Below are positions 14,001-29,000 of a stretch of DNA of 64,000 nt, one piece after another. Both the position numbers and the translations under genes were made by a program. The notes under the pieces are model-generated. The model made no database searches, was not told the DNA's origin, and saw only the letters and a list, made by a program, of their open reading frames with translations. Source of the DNA: Tubulanus polymorphus (taxonomy: Eukaryota; Animalia; Nemertea); the NCBI RefSeq assembly GCF_964204645.1, contig NC_134027.1:8526485-8590484 (forward strand), in the 5' to 3' direction. Numbering within the stretch: the stretch's first letter is position 1; every line of letters begins with the position of its first letter.

Positions 14001-17000
14001 GGTAACATACCTGTGAAGAAGAACCCGTTCAAAATGTAACTGTTTCTTATCGAGTTCTATCTCTGGCCTGACTCCATGAGCAGATATCTTGAAGATGATC
14101 GGCTCTGGATTTTCGCGAACGCAACAAACAATGGCATCTTCGAAAGCGCCGGGAGCTTTTGGATACGCCCACACACACAAACCCTATGATAGACACCAAA
14201 TCATCAGTAAAATTGAAGAAGTTCGGACAGAAAATGGCAAATATACGAATACAGTGAAATGATTCTTACAGCAGATTCACTAGGTTTCAGTATCATGTTT
14301 GGTGGATCTAATAAATAAGTCTCCCCTTTGCTGTCATTTAAGAAACAGAAATTTATGTCAGCTTCGAGTGGAGAAGTGTTTAGAATGGTAAAGGTTTCCA
14401 TGTTCTCCGGATATTTTCCTTCCTTATATCTAGAAAGACACATAAATCTGATTATCTAAGGCACTAACAGATTAATCAAAGACCATTACAAATATAGAAG
14501 AAAATACTCACTTTTCACGACTTTTTCCTATGAGCAATGGTCCGAATTCAAATACCTCCGTAGTTAAGATGTACTTCTTATGAACGATGTCCTCGGATTT
14601 CTTATTCTTCTTTCGTTGAGGGAAGATGATTCTCGGCTCACGGCTGATCGTCGGGAACGAGCAGACGCCGCGGCAGAACAGTTGATAACGCCGGCGAGTG
14701 CCCATTATTTCGAAATTCATCGTTTGGTCGAATTGTCCGAGGTCTTCGGATTGGAATCTCAAACGAAGGACGACTTCGGAATTTGCAGGAATGATCCAGC
14801 GGAATAAACCCAACCTATCGACAAAACGAATTAGAATTTATCAATATTCCTAAAGAAACTAAAATGAGCTGACGGGTAGAAACCTCTTTTAGAAACCTCT
14901 GGATCTTTTAGAAAACAAAGTCAAATTGATAGAATTCCTTTGTGGGACTAAAGCATTTGGGTAAAACGTGAAAGGACAATAGGTAAGGATAGATTTCAAT
15001 GTTTTCAAATTCATCCCTATGAATTTGGAATGAGTGCCTGATGAATAAGGTGGATAGCTTTCAGGAATTAATCAAGCAATTTGAGAATCTGAGAAAATTC
15101 AATCATATGAAACATGAAAAGTGGGAATTGATCACATTAAGTTGAAATAACGGGGTAATATGTATTTACAAATACCGGAGCTTCACTGCTGTTTTTTTTC
15201 CAGCTAGACTCCGAATGTGAATTAAAAGAATTTTTCAATTGAACATCGATTAGGCAACTATGCAATATGAAACAACCATTTGTTAGTTAATGAATAGAAG
15301 CAGCATCTAAAATGGAAAAGAACTACTGTATAGTGTAGATTGTCGCACTCACTTGGCACCTCTGTTTTCTAACAGAGTATCCAGTGTGGATGATGCAACG
15401 CTGAAATAAGTTTCAACGAACAAGAATGTAAATAAGATAACGGAAACAAAACATGACACTCCTGTCATAGTTACAGTGACTGTTAGAGAAAAATTGTTTA
15501 CGTTTAATATGAAAATACTGTTAAATCTACCATAAGCGTTGCAATTGGTTTAATGTGTCACCAGTTTCAATTTAACTCAAAACAAATCAATTATGGTAGA
15601 CCTTCTACAAATGTCACTTGATAACCAGTATTGTTTCATTAAATACTACAAATACACATATTATCATCACTAACTGTATCCCTTATACCGAAAGATTATG
15701 AATAATGAAGCACACGAACCTTTGTCCATCAACATCCGAGACCGGTGTTGCTGGTCCGGGTGGTGGGGACCCCTGCACGGTCAACGAATTACGCCGCGGT
15801 TTACGTCCGGCGCTTTTCTTGCGTTCTTTAGCGCCGTCAGGTTTCAGTTTATCCTTACGTCCACGCGTTGGAGTGTGTTCTTCCTTACGATCGGGAGTGA
15901 TCGATTCGTCATCGCCCTCTTTAGATTTGTCGTCTGTTATCACATTCCTAATTATTCAAACATCGTGAAACATCATGAAGTGGCGGACTATTGGCAGAAT
16001 CTTCTCATTATTCATTATGCCCCTTATGCATGAAAAATGAAAATGCTAGGGATGTACTTACGGGTCATCTGGTGATGAGGCGATAAACACATAGTGACCG
16101 TTGGTCTCACCTCCATTGGGCTGTCGTCTTTTTACTGGATACGGAATAACGGCGAATGAAGCCGGTGGAGGGATAGGAGGCCCTGTAGGCCCTAAACCTA
16201 GACCGTCCAAAACCTGAAATTCATGACATTTCATTCTAGTTAGCTTTTTACCAAAAAAGTGAATGCTTTTTTTTAGAAATGTAGCAGTACCTCTGCTGGT
16301 GTTGGCAATTTTCTAGTTTCAAATACTCTCTCATCCGGACTCTTCTCAATGTCCAATTGATTACAGTCTATCATTATATTAGGTATTCCGATTCCATCAT
16401 CTCTGTCAGTGGTCGAGCCAATTGGACATTCACCATCATCCATGTCTCCTTCAATCTAAAAATGAATCATTGATTTAGTTTCAAAGTCTTATAATAATAT
16501 AACTTGTTTGAATCCGACAGGGCCGTATGTACCTCTCTTGCCGCTTTTTCTCGTTCGGCTTTCTCGCGTTCCAGTTCTCTTAATCGTTCTCTTTCCTTTT
16601 CTTTCTCTTTTTCATGTTTTTCCTTGTCAGCTGAAACACAATAGTCGAAACTATCATTCCCTTCATTCCCCAAAATCCATTTCAGTCTTAAACATCTCAT
16701 ACCAGCTGCAAAGATGCTTACCTTTAGATTTTCCTTTTTTGCCAGACGGGGGATGATTTATGTCTTCAACATTTTCAGACTTCTCAGATGGAGTGACTGG
16801 TCTATGAAGTTGTCCGGTGCTTCGGTCCCAGGCATATAGAAGTTCAGGAATTTCTTTCTGACCATATTCAAATGTTCTGAACCTGATTTTAAGAAATACG
16901 ACACCAGTAGTTAGGAACCATGAACAAAAATGTTGTACAACTCATCTTAGTAACTCTTACGTACTTTTGCATAAGAAGAAGCTCAGCCTCTCTAATTGGA

Positions 17001-20000
17001 TCGCGTACAATTTCATCTTGTGTTAATTGACCTTGACTTTCTTTCGAGGCTTCATTTGATATAGGTCTTTTGCCATCTCGAGTTACATCTTTGCTGTGTT
17101 TCTTTTTCCTTTAAAACGATATACGTGTAATGAATATTTCTACATAATGTTCCATTTCGTGATGAATTACTGATTCAGGTTGCTACACCTACTTTCCCTC
17201 TTCATCACTCTTTTCAGTTTGATGAGATTCTGGCCGTTCTAGATTTGATGCCGTTTTAGCGATATGCTCTTCATGTCCTTTAGCATCTTTGCCTTTCGGT
17301 TGGGCCACTTTGTCTTGGCTCGGTTTGCTGCCCTTTTTCGCATCTTTTCCATCCTTTTCTTTGCCTTCAGCTCCTTTGCGACCTCTTCTTTTGTTTTGCC
17401 TTTAGATATTTCAAGTAGGATGAAAGATAAATAAAACATTACCTTAAGGAGTCCTCAACATTCAACCTTCAGAAATCATAGCTTACTTTTCCTCCTCTAA
17501 ACGTCTCATTTCAGCTTCCATTGCTTCCCTTTCAATTCTTTCCCTTTCCATTTTCTCTTCCATTTCCCTTGAAATATAAATAAATCATACATGCACATTT
17601 TGTTATTGATGATTACTGGCTAAGTATAGATTGTGCAATCTAATATTGTCCACACTCACTTTCTGATACGTTCTTTTTTGATTTCGAGTCTTTTCTTGTC
17701 GACACTGGCTTTTTCTTCCTCATCTAGAGCATCGTATTCGTCCTCGGACATTTCTTCTAGTTTTTTACGTTCTTCATCTTCTTTTTCCTTAGCCAATCGT
17801 TCTGAAGCAAAGAACATTGTTCAACCATGGATACTGGATAGAAAAGAAGTCAAAGCGGAATTTCTTGACATTCATTTCATACCTTTTTCTTCTTTTTCTC
17901 TTTTTTCACGTTCTTTCAGAGTGTTGTAGTCGAGTTTCAGTGTAATTGAGAATATATATTTGCGATTGTTCAGCGCTTTCAGAATCGCGTGAGCAGTACT
18001 CAACATGTTCGCGCTGAACAACGTCTCCAGGCTGTCGAAGACAACACCGCGATGACAATCATTCAACTGAAAATACACACAAAAACTGTTGATAAATACA
18101 TGAACATGAAGTTAAACTAATGACTCAAGTAAATCTAAGAAATTATAGGTATGGAAATGTTTATACTGTAGGCCAATCATGAGAATTAATGGCTCAGCTT
18201 AGTTGTCAATATTACCTGCAGGCGTTCAGCTAACAATTCAACAAGCAAATCTTCAGGAAGAATACAGCTCATAAGACCATTCTCCCCAGTAATGCTAGCA
18301 CTGATGCTGAGACGTCGAGCAATTGGTGCGACTAGTGGCGGTGGACTACTCGGTACCTGTATAAATATCAATATGATTGATAAATATCATTCTTAAAGTA
18401 TATTAAAAAATTGAAGTGAAAATCTTGCAGCAATTGGACATCTATTCTAAGAATATTGGAAAGAAAGCACCAAGAAAGAGAAATCAGATGATATACCGGG
18501 TAATCAGAATTTGCATAAAAACATTAATCTTGGCCTATGAACAATAAAGACCAATCAACTCAAATCAGTACCAGTAATCGGGTGAGAATGTTCAAAGTTT
18601 TCAGATTAAAGTGTAAAAGGCTCAAACACCGGTCTCTGGTATGTGGTATAATGACTTTGGATACAAATCTCTATTTGGGTGTATTTGAGAAAAGTGTAGA
18701 AAATAAAAGCACATTTTCTTATGTGTGTGGAAATAATGAAAATATAAAACATAATCTACATCTAAAACTACCTCTTTAAGCATGTTATTACGTCGTTTAG
18801 ATCTCAACATTTTATGGATTTTTTCCGAAATAGTCATTTTTGCCAAAGATCGGGGTTCCGGTTCGTTAATGTCCGAATGACTCGAACCCGTGATCAAACC
18901 ACTGGTCGGAAAATTTAACTTGTGAACGGCATTTTGCAACGGCATAAGGTGGTTGCAGGGAACGGTCGACCGACGCAATGGTCGCACAAGATTTTTGACG
19001 ATTCGGTTAAAATCCACAGACTGCCGAGGTGATATTGTGTCCATGTCTGATGCGAGAGCAAGCTGTTTGCGCGATGATAAACAACGGGATAAAACAAAAG
19101 ATTCGGTAAAAATCATTCAGGTTATACATGCGATTATATAAAAGGTTTCTTCTAATAGGATTAAGACGATCATAAGACATTACATGCTGTGTCACTCAAC
19201 ATACCTGGCTGCCAGTGCCTCCTTCAGCTGATGAGGCCTGATTCATGCCTGTTTTGGCTCCGGTTATAACACTGCTTCCGTGATGTTTGTCTTTGCTTTT
19301 CTGTTCAGAGATAACACTCGTTTTACGATTTGACGCCATACTCTGAACCATCGAGTGCGCAGCGTTTGGTTGTAATCCAGCTACAAGCAAAATGAAATTT
19401 TTACCATACTTTAGATAATGAATTCAATGTATATATGCAGTCATCCCAAAATCTATCAGTTAAACGACCATTTGCCTAACTTACTCTGTCCTTGAGTATG
19501 AGCTGTTAAAGCCTCCACACTCAGACCGCCGGGTGCTCTTTTGTCTCCTTCATCGCCCTCTAAAACTTTCATTTCTTCCGCGCGTCGAGAGGCTTCAGCG
19601 CACATTTCGCGAGCCCGCAGTCCCGCCGGTGTGGCACCATTCGCGATAGCTTCCAAAATAATCCCATCAACGGACAACAGGGCCGCTTCATATCGCTTAG
19701 CCAGGATCACAGCAGTAGCAGTTTTACCTACAAATACAACAAAACTATGATAACAACGCATCCACTCATCGAAAAATTGGTGACTACAACAGCAACTGAT
19801 AGGATTCAATATTCAACACAGATATGAGAGAGCATTTTAAAGATTTTTGGAAAGTAATCTTACCTGACATCGGAGCTCCTTGGACAATGATTGCAATACC
19901 ACGGCGATTACGGGCGGCTTTACCTTCTGGCGATAAATCGATACCAAGATGACGAGCTATCGATGCCGAAACCGGTGTAATCTCTAGTTCACCAACCCCG

Positions 20001-23000
20001 ATACTACTCGCCGAGTCTTTGGGTAAACCTAACAATATTAGATTTAGATCATTTTCATTCATTACTTATCATCTAAATGATGGAAATCAAGCAGAGTTTT
20101 TTCTTTATCTTACCATCATCGATATCATCGATGCGAAGATCTTTATCAGATGCCAGAGGAATCGCAGCTGGTTCAGCAGTTGGCTCCCGAGTTGGCGCAG
20201 TCATAATCAGTTGCGGTGGACCACCGGCAGCATCCATCTGATCATCTTCGACGTGTAATGTAGACGGTGCGGCATCAGTCATTTCATCAACTAGAGTGAT
20301 ATCAAACACTACAGGACCATACAAGGGGCAGACAATCTATCTGCTTTCACCTCCCTCAATGTCTAATTTTCAATCCCAGAGACATCGGTAATAAGATAAT
20401 ATGTTAGAATGAAAAGATACTAACTCTCTCGAGCATGTTCTTCCATCTCTTTTCGTGCCTGCTCAGCAGCTTCTTCAGCTTCCCTGCGAGAATTCTCAAT
20501 CTCTTCTAGTTTCTTCATTTGTTCTGTGAACACAGGACGGACAGAAAAATGTTCATTTATGCAAAGTAAGTACTAGGCATCGACGTAATACCGGTAATAG
20601 GGCTAATAACATTCATCGGATGCGTTCTTCAGCATGTTACGTACCATCATAGAAATCGAGCAGCTCTTGGGGTAACTTGTCACCAGCAGCTCGAGGGGGC
20701 AGTAAAATAGTGTTGTATTCATCATATCCTTTCATTAGACGAAGAATCTAAAATTTCAAGCACATTTTTTCAAGCACTGATATATCAATCCAGGTCATAT
20801 ACAATACACCAATATGTAAATTTTTTGCAGAAGGCATCAATTAAACGATAGATACCTTCTCTTCTTCTAGATACAGTCTATCGAATTCTAAGTTATAAAA
20901 CTCTATCGGGAACGGACACGGATTGCGCACTGTAATGTCTTGCTCATCTCCGACGCTGTGAGGTAAAATCGGTCCGAAGTGGACGAGGTTACGATCGAAG
21001 TCTAGACGCGGCTCGAGACCTTGACCCCGCGCAATCATTAAGATACGTTGACTGCTCTGAGCGATTCTGATCGGCATACGATGCTCGTAGAATTTCTGAA
21101 AGTGTTTGAAAAATGTTGAAGAATGATTCTAGACTGATGAATAGGCCTTCGAACTGATGCAGGGTGGCCACTTTTATTTGACCCGACTTATTCTCTAACA
21201 TGCACGTTGTTTTCCCTGACTTGATCTGCTAAGAATCCAATCAATTAACGCAGTCAAATAATGTTTATTCAAAACTTTTTGATTTTAAGAGCGATCCAGC
21301 CATCACAACAAAATTCCCTAATTTTTAGGTTTTTATCAAATTCCCTGACTATTACCCAACTTAAATTCTTTACTTTTTCATGATTTCCCTGTTCTCCAGG
21401 TAAGTGGCCACCCTGTGATGATGGCCATCAATCATACAAAAGTGAATAATACGAACCTCTTCAGTTGGCATAAATTTGACTTGTACATTGATTCTCTGCC
21501 CGGGCATCAACGATCCGGCCGGAGGCATCATTTCGAACATCTTCGGTTTTGGCGGCTCCGCTTTAATTTTCCGTCTCAAGTGCATCGGCATGGTACGGTC
21601 GACCTTGAATATTTGCAATCAAATAAAACGTTAGAATCAACGCGTCATGAAATATTGACTCTTATTCGAATCAAGTTTCGAGATGCACCTTCTTTTTATT
21701 TTTCTCCACAACGATTGAGCTCCACTCGCAACGGACGTACTTATGGTTGTGAAGCTGAACGGTAATGACCTTACAATCTCCGCACTTCACATCTCCAAAA
21801 TCCAGAGCATCAGTCGATATTTCCATATCGGGCATTGTTACATGAGCACGTAGACGGATACATATTTGAGGACCATTTACGATCTGAAGGAAAAATAAAC
21901 AGGGGTATGTACTGGTTGGTACCGTATATACCGGTATGTCAAGTTACGTAAAGTTGTGGTTCTACAAAAAGTACTTAATACCAGAATCTAGTTCTTTATT
22001 ATTCAGTTGACTTTGAAATGAATTTATCAGAGAGGCCACTTTTATTTGACTTGCTTTTGATTTGACTATTCCCTGACATGTACACGTTTTTTTCCCTGAC
22101 TTGATCAGCAAAGAATCTAATTAATAACTCAAATTCCTCTGACTTTTCAGTTTTTTTTCTACAAAATTCCTTGACTGTCCCCTGATTTCCAGGTAAGTGG
22201 CCAACCTGTTTATTTCAAATCAAATTTGGCTTGCCTTCAGAAGTATGTATGGGAACGTACATTGATTGGTACAACGGTTTCAATCGGTCCTAGCGGCAGA
22301 TTTGCACCTCTCGGATCGAAACTAACGACGAAATCGACCGTCTCGTGGTCGGGAGCACCAGGCAATTGCCGAACGCGATCTAATTCGACGTTAAATCCGT
22401 GGTGATGAAGAGCAGCTCGATCGACGGAAAACGACACCGGACAGAATCCAGTATTCGTAGCGCGCACGATGTGAGCTCTCACAGTGCCAAGAACAACGTA
22501 ACCAAAATCGAGCAAATAATCGGCGAGTCTTGGTCTGAAATAGAAAATCAGAATGACTATATATACCGCAACTATTCACAATTAGCAACATCGGTAAGCT
22601 TCATTTCATAAGATGATCATTACTTTGGCTTTGTCTTCTTTTTGCTTTTCTTCGACTTAGTCTCTTTCTGATTTTCCTGGTCGAACTTTTGTTGCTCATC
22701 ATCGGTGATAACGAGAGTATCGACGTGGCTGAGCTCTTTCTGATTCTGTTCGGCGGTAAATTCTTTAACCATCATTCGCTCGACTTCCATTTGAATCTCT
22801 AACTCTGATGGCAGATGTTCGTGCTAATAAAATATGCATGTAAATGAATGTGTTGAGTTCGTAGAAGATTTAAACATATTTTGTCTTATCCTTGAATATA
22901 ACCACATCAGGGACAATCTCATAGTTGGGCAACTCACAGCCTATGTGTGATAACTAAAATTTAATTTAGATTTAAACTGATATTTCCATATCCTCAATTT

Positions 23001-26000
23001 CTATAATTATAGCAAAACCATTAGAAAAAGACCTAAAAATTTAAGTGCATATTATCAACTCACAGGAACCTGAACATCTTCATTGGAATGTCCAACACTG
23101 CGATATGACTGGTTCTGGTCATCTCTCTCTTTTTCGATATTCTTCACGTCTTTACTCAGCACTTCTCGGGCCTCTTTCAGTAGACTACTGTACAATCCTT
23201 CTTCGTCGCCGATCCGCGGTAAATCCAGAGATATTCGCGTAAAAACGCCTTCGCCATACAGATTGACGATATCTGGTTCGAAGTGAGCCACTTGTATCAT
23301 GAAACTCTTATGAAACCTTTCCGGTACGCCAGGAAGAAATTTGATGGTCAAAGTCTGTTGACTGAGAGCCTCGATATATCCCTGAAAAGAAGATATTTAC
23401 AAGGTAAGTCTACTTTTTTCGAATTTGTTGAACAAAACGATATTTTTTACCATTCTAACCGGCACGAATATACTGGTGCTGATTGCTCATATGTTGGTTA
23501 CAGTTAACCAATGGATAGTTCACATTGTGACTATTAAAAGTTCATTGTTACTATGGCATTTATCCACTGGTTAGCTTAAACCAACCTTTGAGCAACTGGT
23601 CTCTGGTGTACAATCATGTACACGAATGATCGTGTACTTACTGAATGTGGTATCATTACAGGAATACCAGGTCTCGGTTTTCCAACCTCTTCGGGGTCAA
23701 TACCCAGAGCAGTGAAGTTGAATCCAACTTTACCGCAGTTAATCAGGGTTATTTCAGCGGATGCAACTTCATCATACATCTACAGACAAGAAAATGCAAG
23801 TTTTATCTAAAAGCTATCAGGGATCAGCAGGTCAAGGGAAGTTTATAAGTGAAATTCAACACCAAAACTAAATTTCCTACTGTTTTGTTCAGCATAATGC
23901 TTGTTAGAATTTCCCATTTTTCCTGATTAACTCATACACCACAATTCTTATATGGCTATCGGATTCTCACTCTCACTTCAGTTCAATACACACTGTTATT
24001 ATTTACCTGTTTTTCATAGTCGATATCAGTACAGTCAAATCTGTATTCAACAAGTGATGCTTCACCTTTTAGATCAATCTCATATGTCGGTCCACCTTCA
24101 ACCTCGCAAATAGCCTTTGCTTTACTCCAGATGTCGGCATGACCGAAGAATGTCAACGTCACTTGCTCGGTGTCCCCAGGAGCCAAGTGTCCGTACAGGG
24201 GCAATATATCAAATACCTGTATTTAAGAAATGAAAGCATGAAATACAGAATTCTTTTTCCAACAGTTCTTATCAAAGGTGGTTCCTAAAGTACTCACCTC
24301 TTCAACACCAAGTGGAGAAATAAGATCGCGATCTTGTTCTAAGAGTTGTTCCAATATCGGGTTTATTTCTGGTCGTTTGCTGGCAGAGCTAGCCGGACGA
24401 GGAGTCACAATCTGTCCGCTTACACTACGCGATGTCTTTATCAATTCTCCCTCACCCTCTCCAATTGTTTCATCTCGTAATTCATCCTAAAAAAAAATTC
24501 CAATAAGTGATAATTCTACTACTAGTTTCTCAGGCAAACACTGAGGAACGAATCACTGAACTGTGCTTACCTCATTTTTCTCATCTACATCTTTCTCGCT
24601 ATCCTGTTTTTCCTTGCTATCATCTAAACCATCTAGGTCTAGCGTGATCTCTGGTTGACTGACTTCTGAACTTCTCTTCGATCCCATGTGCGTAGCCACT
24701 TCTATGATTTCGACATGTTTTTCTTTAATGGTCGTCGCCCTTGAAGATTTCTCCATCAATTCCTGCGACGCGGGCGGTGAAATTTCCACTTGATCATCGA
24801 CTTTATCTGTGAAAACATTGTCTTCTGTCGAAATGGTAACCATTTTCTCGATCGTTACAGCCTGGCTCGGTTCCTCGGGAGGTGGCAAATCTTCAACATC
24901 ACCGTTAGAAATCTCCAATAACTGAACTGCAGGCGGTTCATCCATAATTATTGGCGATTGACGGACAGCAATTGGTTCATCCCCGATCAGGAATGACCAT
25001 TTATATTTCACATCCATCGGGCTGTTATTCATGATATTGACATATCTGGTGACTTCTGTGTCATTCAGAATGCAACCGAAATCAATGACTTGCTTCTCGA
25101 ATTCCAGATTAGGGAAATACACTTCACCCCTCAGCGCAATATAATCCTTACAAAATATGAAAGACTATATAAGTTTACAAAGCAAAACAAAAGCTGATCT
25201 TGAGTTTATCAATTTCATTATGTTGTAGTCGGTATAAAAGTACAAGTACTATGGAATACAATGAAATTATTGAATAAAATTTTGCCTACCACATGAGGAT
25301 GTTCTTTGTAATTTATGGCCAAAACTTCATCGATCGTGCGGATATGAGAATCATTTTTATAGGCTGGATCAAACTGCACACGCAGGTTCAGCTCTTGTCC
25401 CCTGTCCATGACCAATTCCTAATGAATATTGAGAATACAGTCATATGTTAAAAATATGTCATAAAGTTTCCCCAAAAACAAAACAGTTGCTTAAAAAACT
25501 GCTAATCTTTACCATTTTTGAACATTCAGTACCATCCTGCATCAGTAATTGGAATGGGTAGCTCAATTGGAATTGAGCTGTCAATGGTAGACTGGATACA
25601 TTCTTCAGTAACACATCCCTAGTTTGTACAACTAGTTCATCATGTGGTTTCTGTAAATTGAGTAAATTCAAGTTTTCATTAATCATAGAGAAGACAACAC
25701 ATATCAGTACTGGTACCGGTATATGGAATATGCTAGGCCCTCACAATTCCTAAAATATTCATGAATATATTACCTTATCAATTCTAAAGAACAACTGCTT
25801 TGAAGAGAATTCTAGAAGAGGTGTAATGAAATCCACTTTGATATCAACTTTCTTGATCAATTCCTTGCCGCCTGAACGTCCAATGATCGCATGGCAGATC
25901 ATTCTCTCCTTGACAGACTGCGGACTGTAAAATTTATGTAATCTATTTGACGCGCTGGAAACGATTTCGAGAAAATGAAAGATAGCAAGAACACTGAACT

Positions 26001-29000
26001 TACTGGTCGACAATTCCTTCCAATACTGCTTCAATTGTTTCACCAGGGGCCATGTCCATTCGAGAAGGAGTCAGCGTAAAAATCGGCTGAGGCAATGCAG
26101 CTAAAGGTGGTTTATTCTAAAAATAAAATCATTACTTATAAGTGTGAAATTTTGGTTCCCATAATTTTGACTCTTGCCTTCAATTTACCTTAAATTTTAT
26201 GTCTTTTACATTCGGTGGTACCGGATCTTTCTTTGATCGAACCATTGTGAATCCCTCGGTACTCCAAACAAGCTGTTGGTGCCGTCTGCCATTGTTAGTC
26301 ATTTTAAATGTTCTTCGACAGGCGGTGCTCCTGTTAATAGAGTTATGTTTCAATCATTAGTATTAGCTTTCCTCTACATTTGAGGTTGATCGACCAGGGC
26401 TACTAATAAGAAATACATACCCGAAATGTGGGCCGAGATCTAACACTGGACCAAAATCAGGCTCAGAAACAATAGTTGTTCCTTGCCCATAAGCTGTTAC
26501 ATCTATCGTTCTTGACTGACTATCCAGAATATTGATCTGTAACTTGTCATGAAATCTAAAATAGAAACATAGCATCAATTAATTCGAATTTGAACATGCC
26601 CCTTCAATTTATGTACCGGTAGCTAGTTTGAGGATAGAATATGTATGAATGATGAATACCTGACACAATCATTAAGATTAGCAGTGACAGTCAAAATAGC
26701 TGTTTTTTCGGCAGGTATTTCTCCGTCCCTGGGTTCGACAGTCCAGACGGAATATGGACGTAACATATGCGCAGTGAATTTAGCAGCGATCAACGATTCG
26801 TTTGACAAAACAATTGTCTGTGGTGTGTCAGCCAGAACGGGAATAACACCCCAGTCAAGATTCTCAGGCGTAATATGTACCACCGGACCTTCCCCGATAC
26901 AGCTTATGTGAACAGCCTGAAAACAATTACGTACCACAATGATTGATTTTCCTCATTGTAACCATGGCTTAACATCCAGTACCGTTCAAATGAAATGATG
27001 GGACTGGTAAGAGGAACTTTTGGGGTGGTAAGGTGCCATGATTTGATGACCAGGATTTTTTTACCACTTTCATTTCGACCAGTAAGCAGGTATCATTGGA
27101 CCACCAAATTTACCGCTTACCACCTCATTTGGACAGCACTGTACATCGTTCTGGGAATTAAAGATAGCTGGCTGGTATACTAACCATAGGAGGCTCGGGA
27201 CTTCCAAATATCTGTACATGGGACATAACATCGAGTTCTTCTAGCCCGTGGGCAGCGATCAGCACTGGTACGTCCAATATAGAGTGGGCTTTAATTACTC
27301 CCTAAATGACAAACACTGCTGGTTAACGAGGAGCCCAAAACAAATTCATTCGATTCTGTTTATGAGCTGTGAAGATGATCTACTTACGATAGGTTGTGGA
27401 CTGAAGTACGTAATCGGCGAAAGTGCATCCAGATCTTGCGGCAAAATTTCATACTTAGCCGGTAAATCCGTATCGTTTGAGAGCCTGATTGAATTTTCAT
27501 ATTCATGATTGAGGAAACAGCGTCCGTAGTCGAGTATAGGAGTAAGAATATTGATACTCGGTACAACACAACTGAAAGAGAAATATATGGAAATGTCACC
27601 GAATTCAACTTTAAAAAGATTAATTCAGACGATTTATACCTATGTTACGCATATGACGAGCTGTATAATTCTAGTTCCATTGGTGTACTGGTTAGCACTA
27701 AGAAAACTGGCCATACTGCTCAATACCGACATATGGGGCTATTAGGGCATTTCTCGCAAAAACTTTTACCCAGAAAAATGCAAGTTTTGGCCTCACCGAG
27801 TTCATTAACATCAAACAAAATTTACTGGCATGCTTTAACTGTCACTTCTCATTATGGTAACACCTAATTATCCATAAAGTCAGGTTATATATTTCGCAAC
27901 AGACTCACTTACCGCGCCTGAATTGGTAGGGTCAGTATTTCTTTGCCAACACCAGCCACATCAACGACTAGAGCTAGGTCATATTTTCTGATCGAATTCG
28001 AAACCAGTTCGATTTCGATGTTTTGACTGCTGCGCGGAGACAACATTCCTTTGTCAGGAGTGATCGTGAATTCTTTCGGATTCGAAACTCGTTTTCTAAC
28101 GTCTGTTTCGCTGTGGCTTGAAATCGCGGCGTTCAAACCATCACCGGGAATACGCAAACTGAACGTCATCGGTACTAGAGATGTATTTGACAATACGCAA
28201 CTCTCCTTATATTGAAATCCTGAAAATATGCTGATATTAAAGAACTGTTTCTTACAACGAGCTAAATTCTGACTTTAATCAAACTTACCAAAAGAAATCA
28301 TGCCAAATTTCAGCTTTGGTACATCAAAGTGGAATGTGGGTCCTATGACTGATCCACTGAAATGAAAGAATGATAACATAATAATAATTAATTTGCTTAT
28401 AATACAGTTCAACTCTACAAAAATACAATCATTGCACTTTACATTAGTATACCGGTAGTGTAATAGTACTAATCATTCAAACATTACAGCAGAGTAAAAC
28501 AATAAAGTGTAAAATTTTTTTTTAAATAAAAGGTCTTTATACGCAATTTAAAAATGAAACGGTGGGAACTTCAAAATTTTTTTTGGAATAAAGCATTTCA
28601 TGAAACACAACACAAATATATTGTAACATCTAAGAATGATCATGAACGATTCATTACAGATTGGGGCTGAAATCATTACTGACCTGAATTTGACTTTCGA
28701 TCGCTGTGGGGCGCCGTCAATCTGGAATTCGAACTCCTCTTCGAAATCGCCTAGAATTTCGCTCGAAAACGTCACCAGTATGGCCTGGTGTCCTTCGGGC
28801 ATTACAATACCTTCCGGCGGGTTGAACGAAAACTTCGGCCCGAATATCGTCTTCGGTATGATGACGTTGAAAATGGCGTCGATATCTCCTTTGTTCGCAA
28901 GGACGACCTCGTAGGTATGCATCGAGTTGACGAACACGTTTCCCATGTCTAACTCTTCGAATGAGAACTGGACTTTCGGTCCGATGCCATCGCCGCGTAT

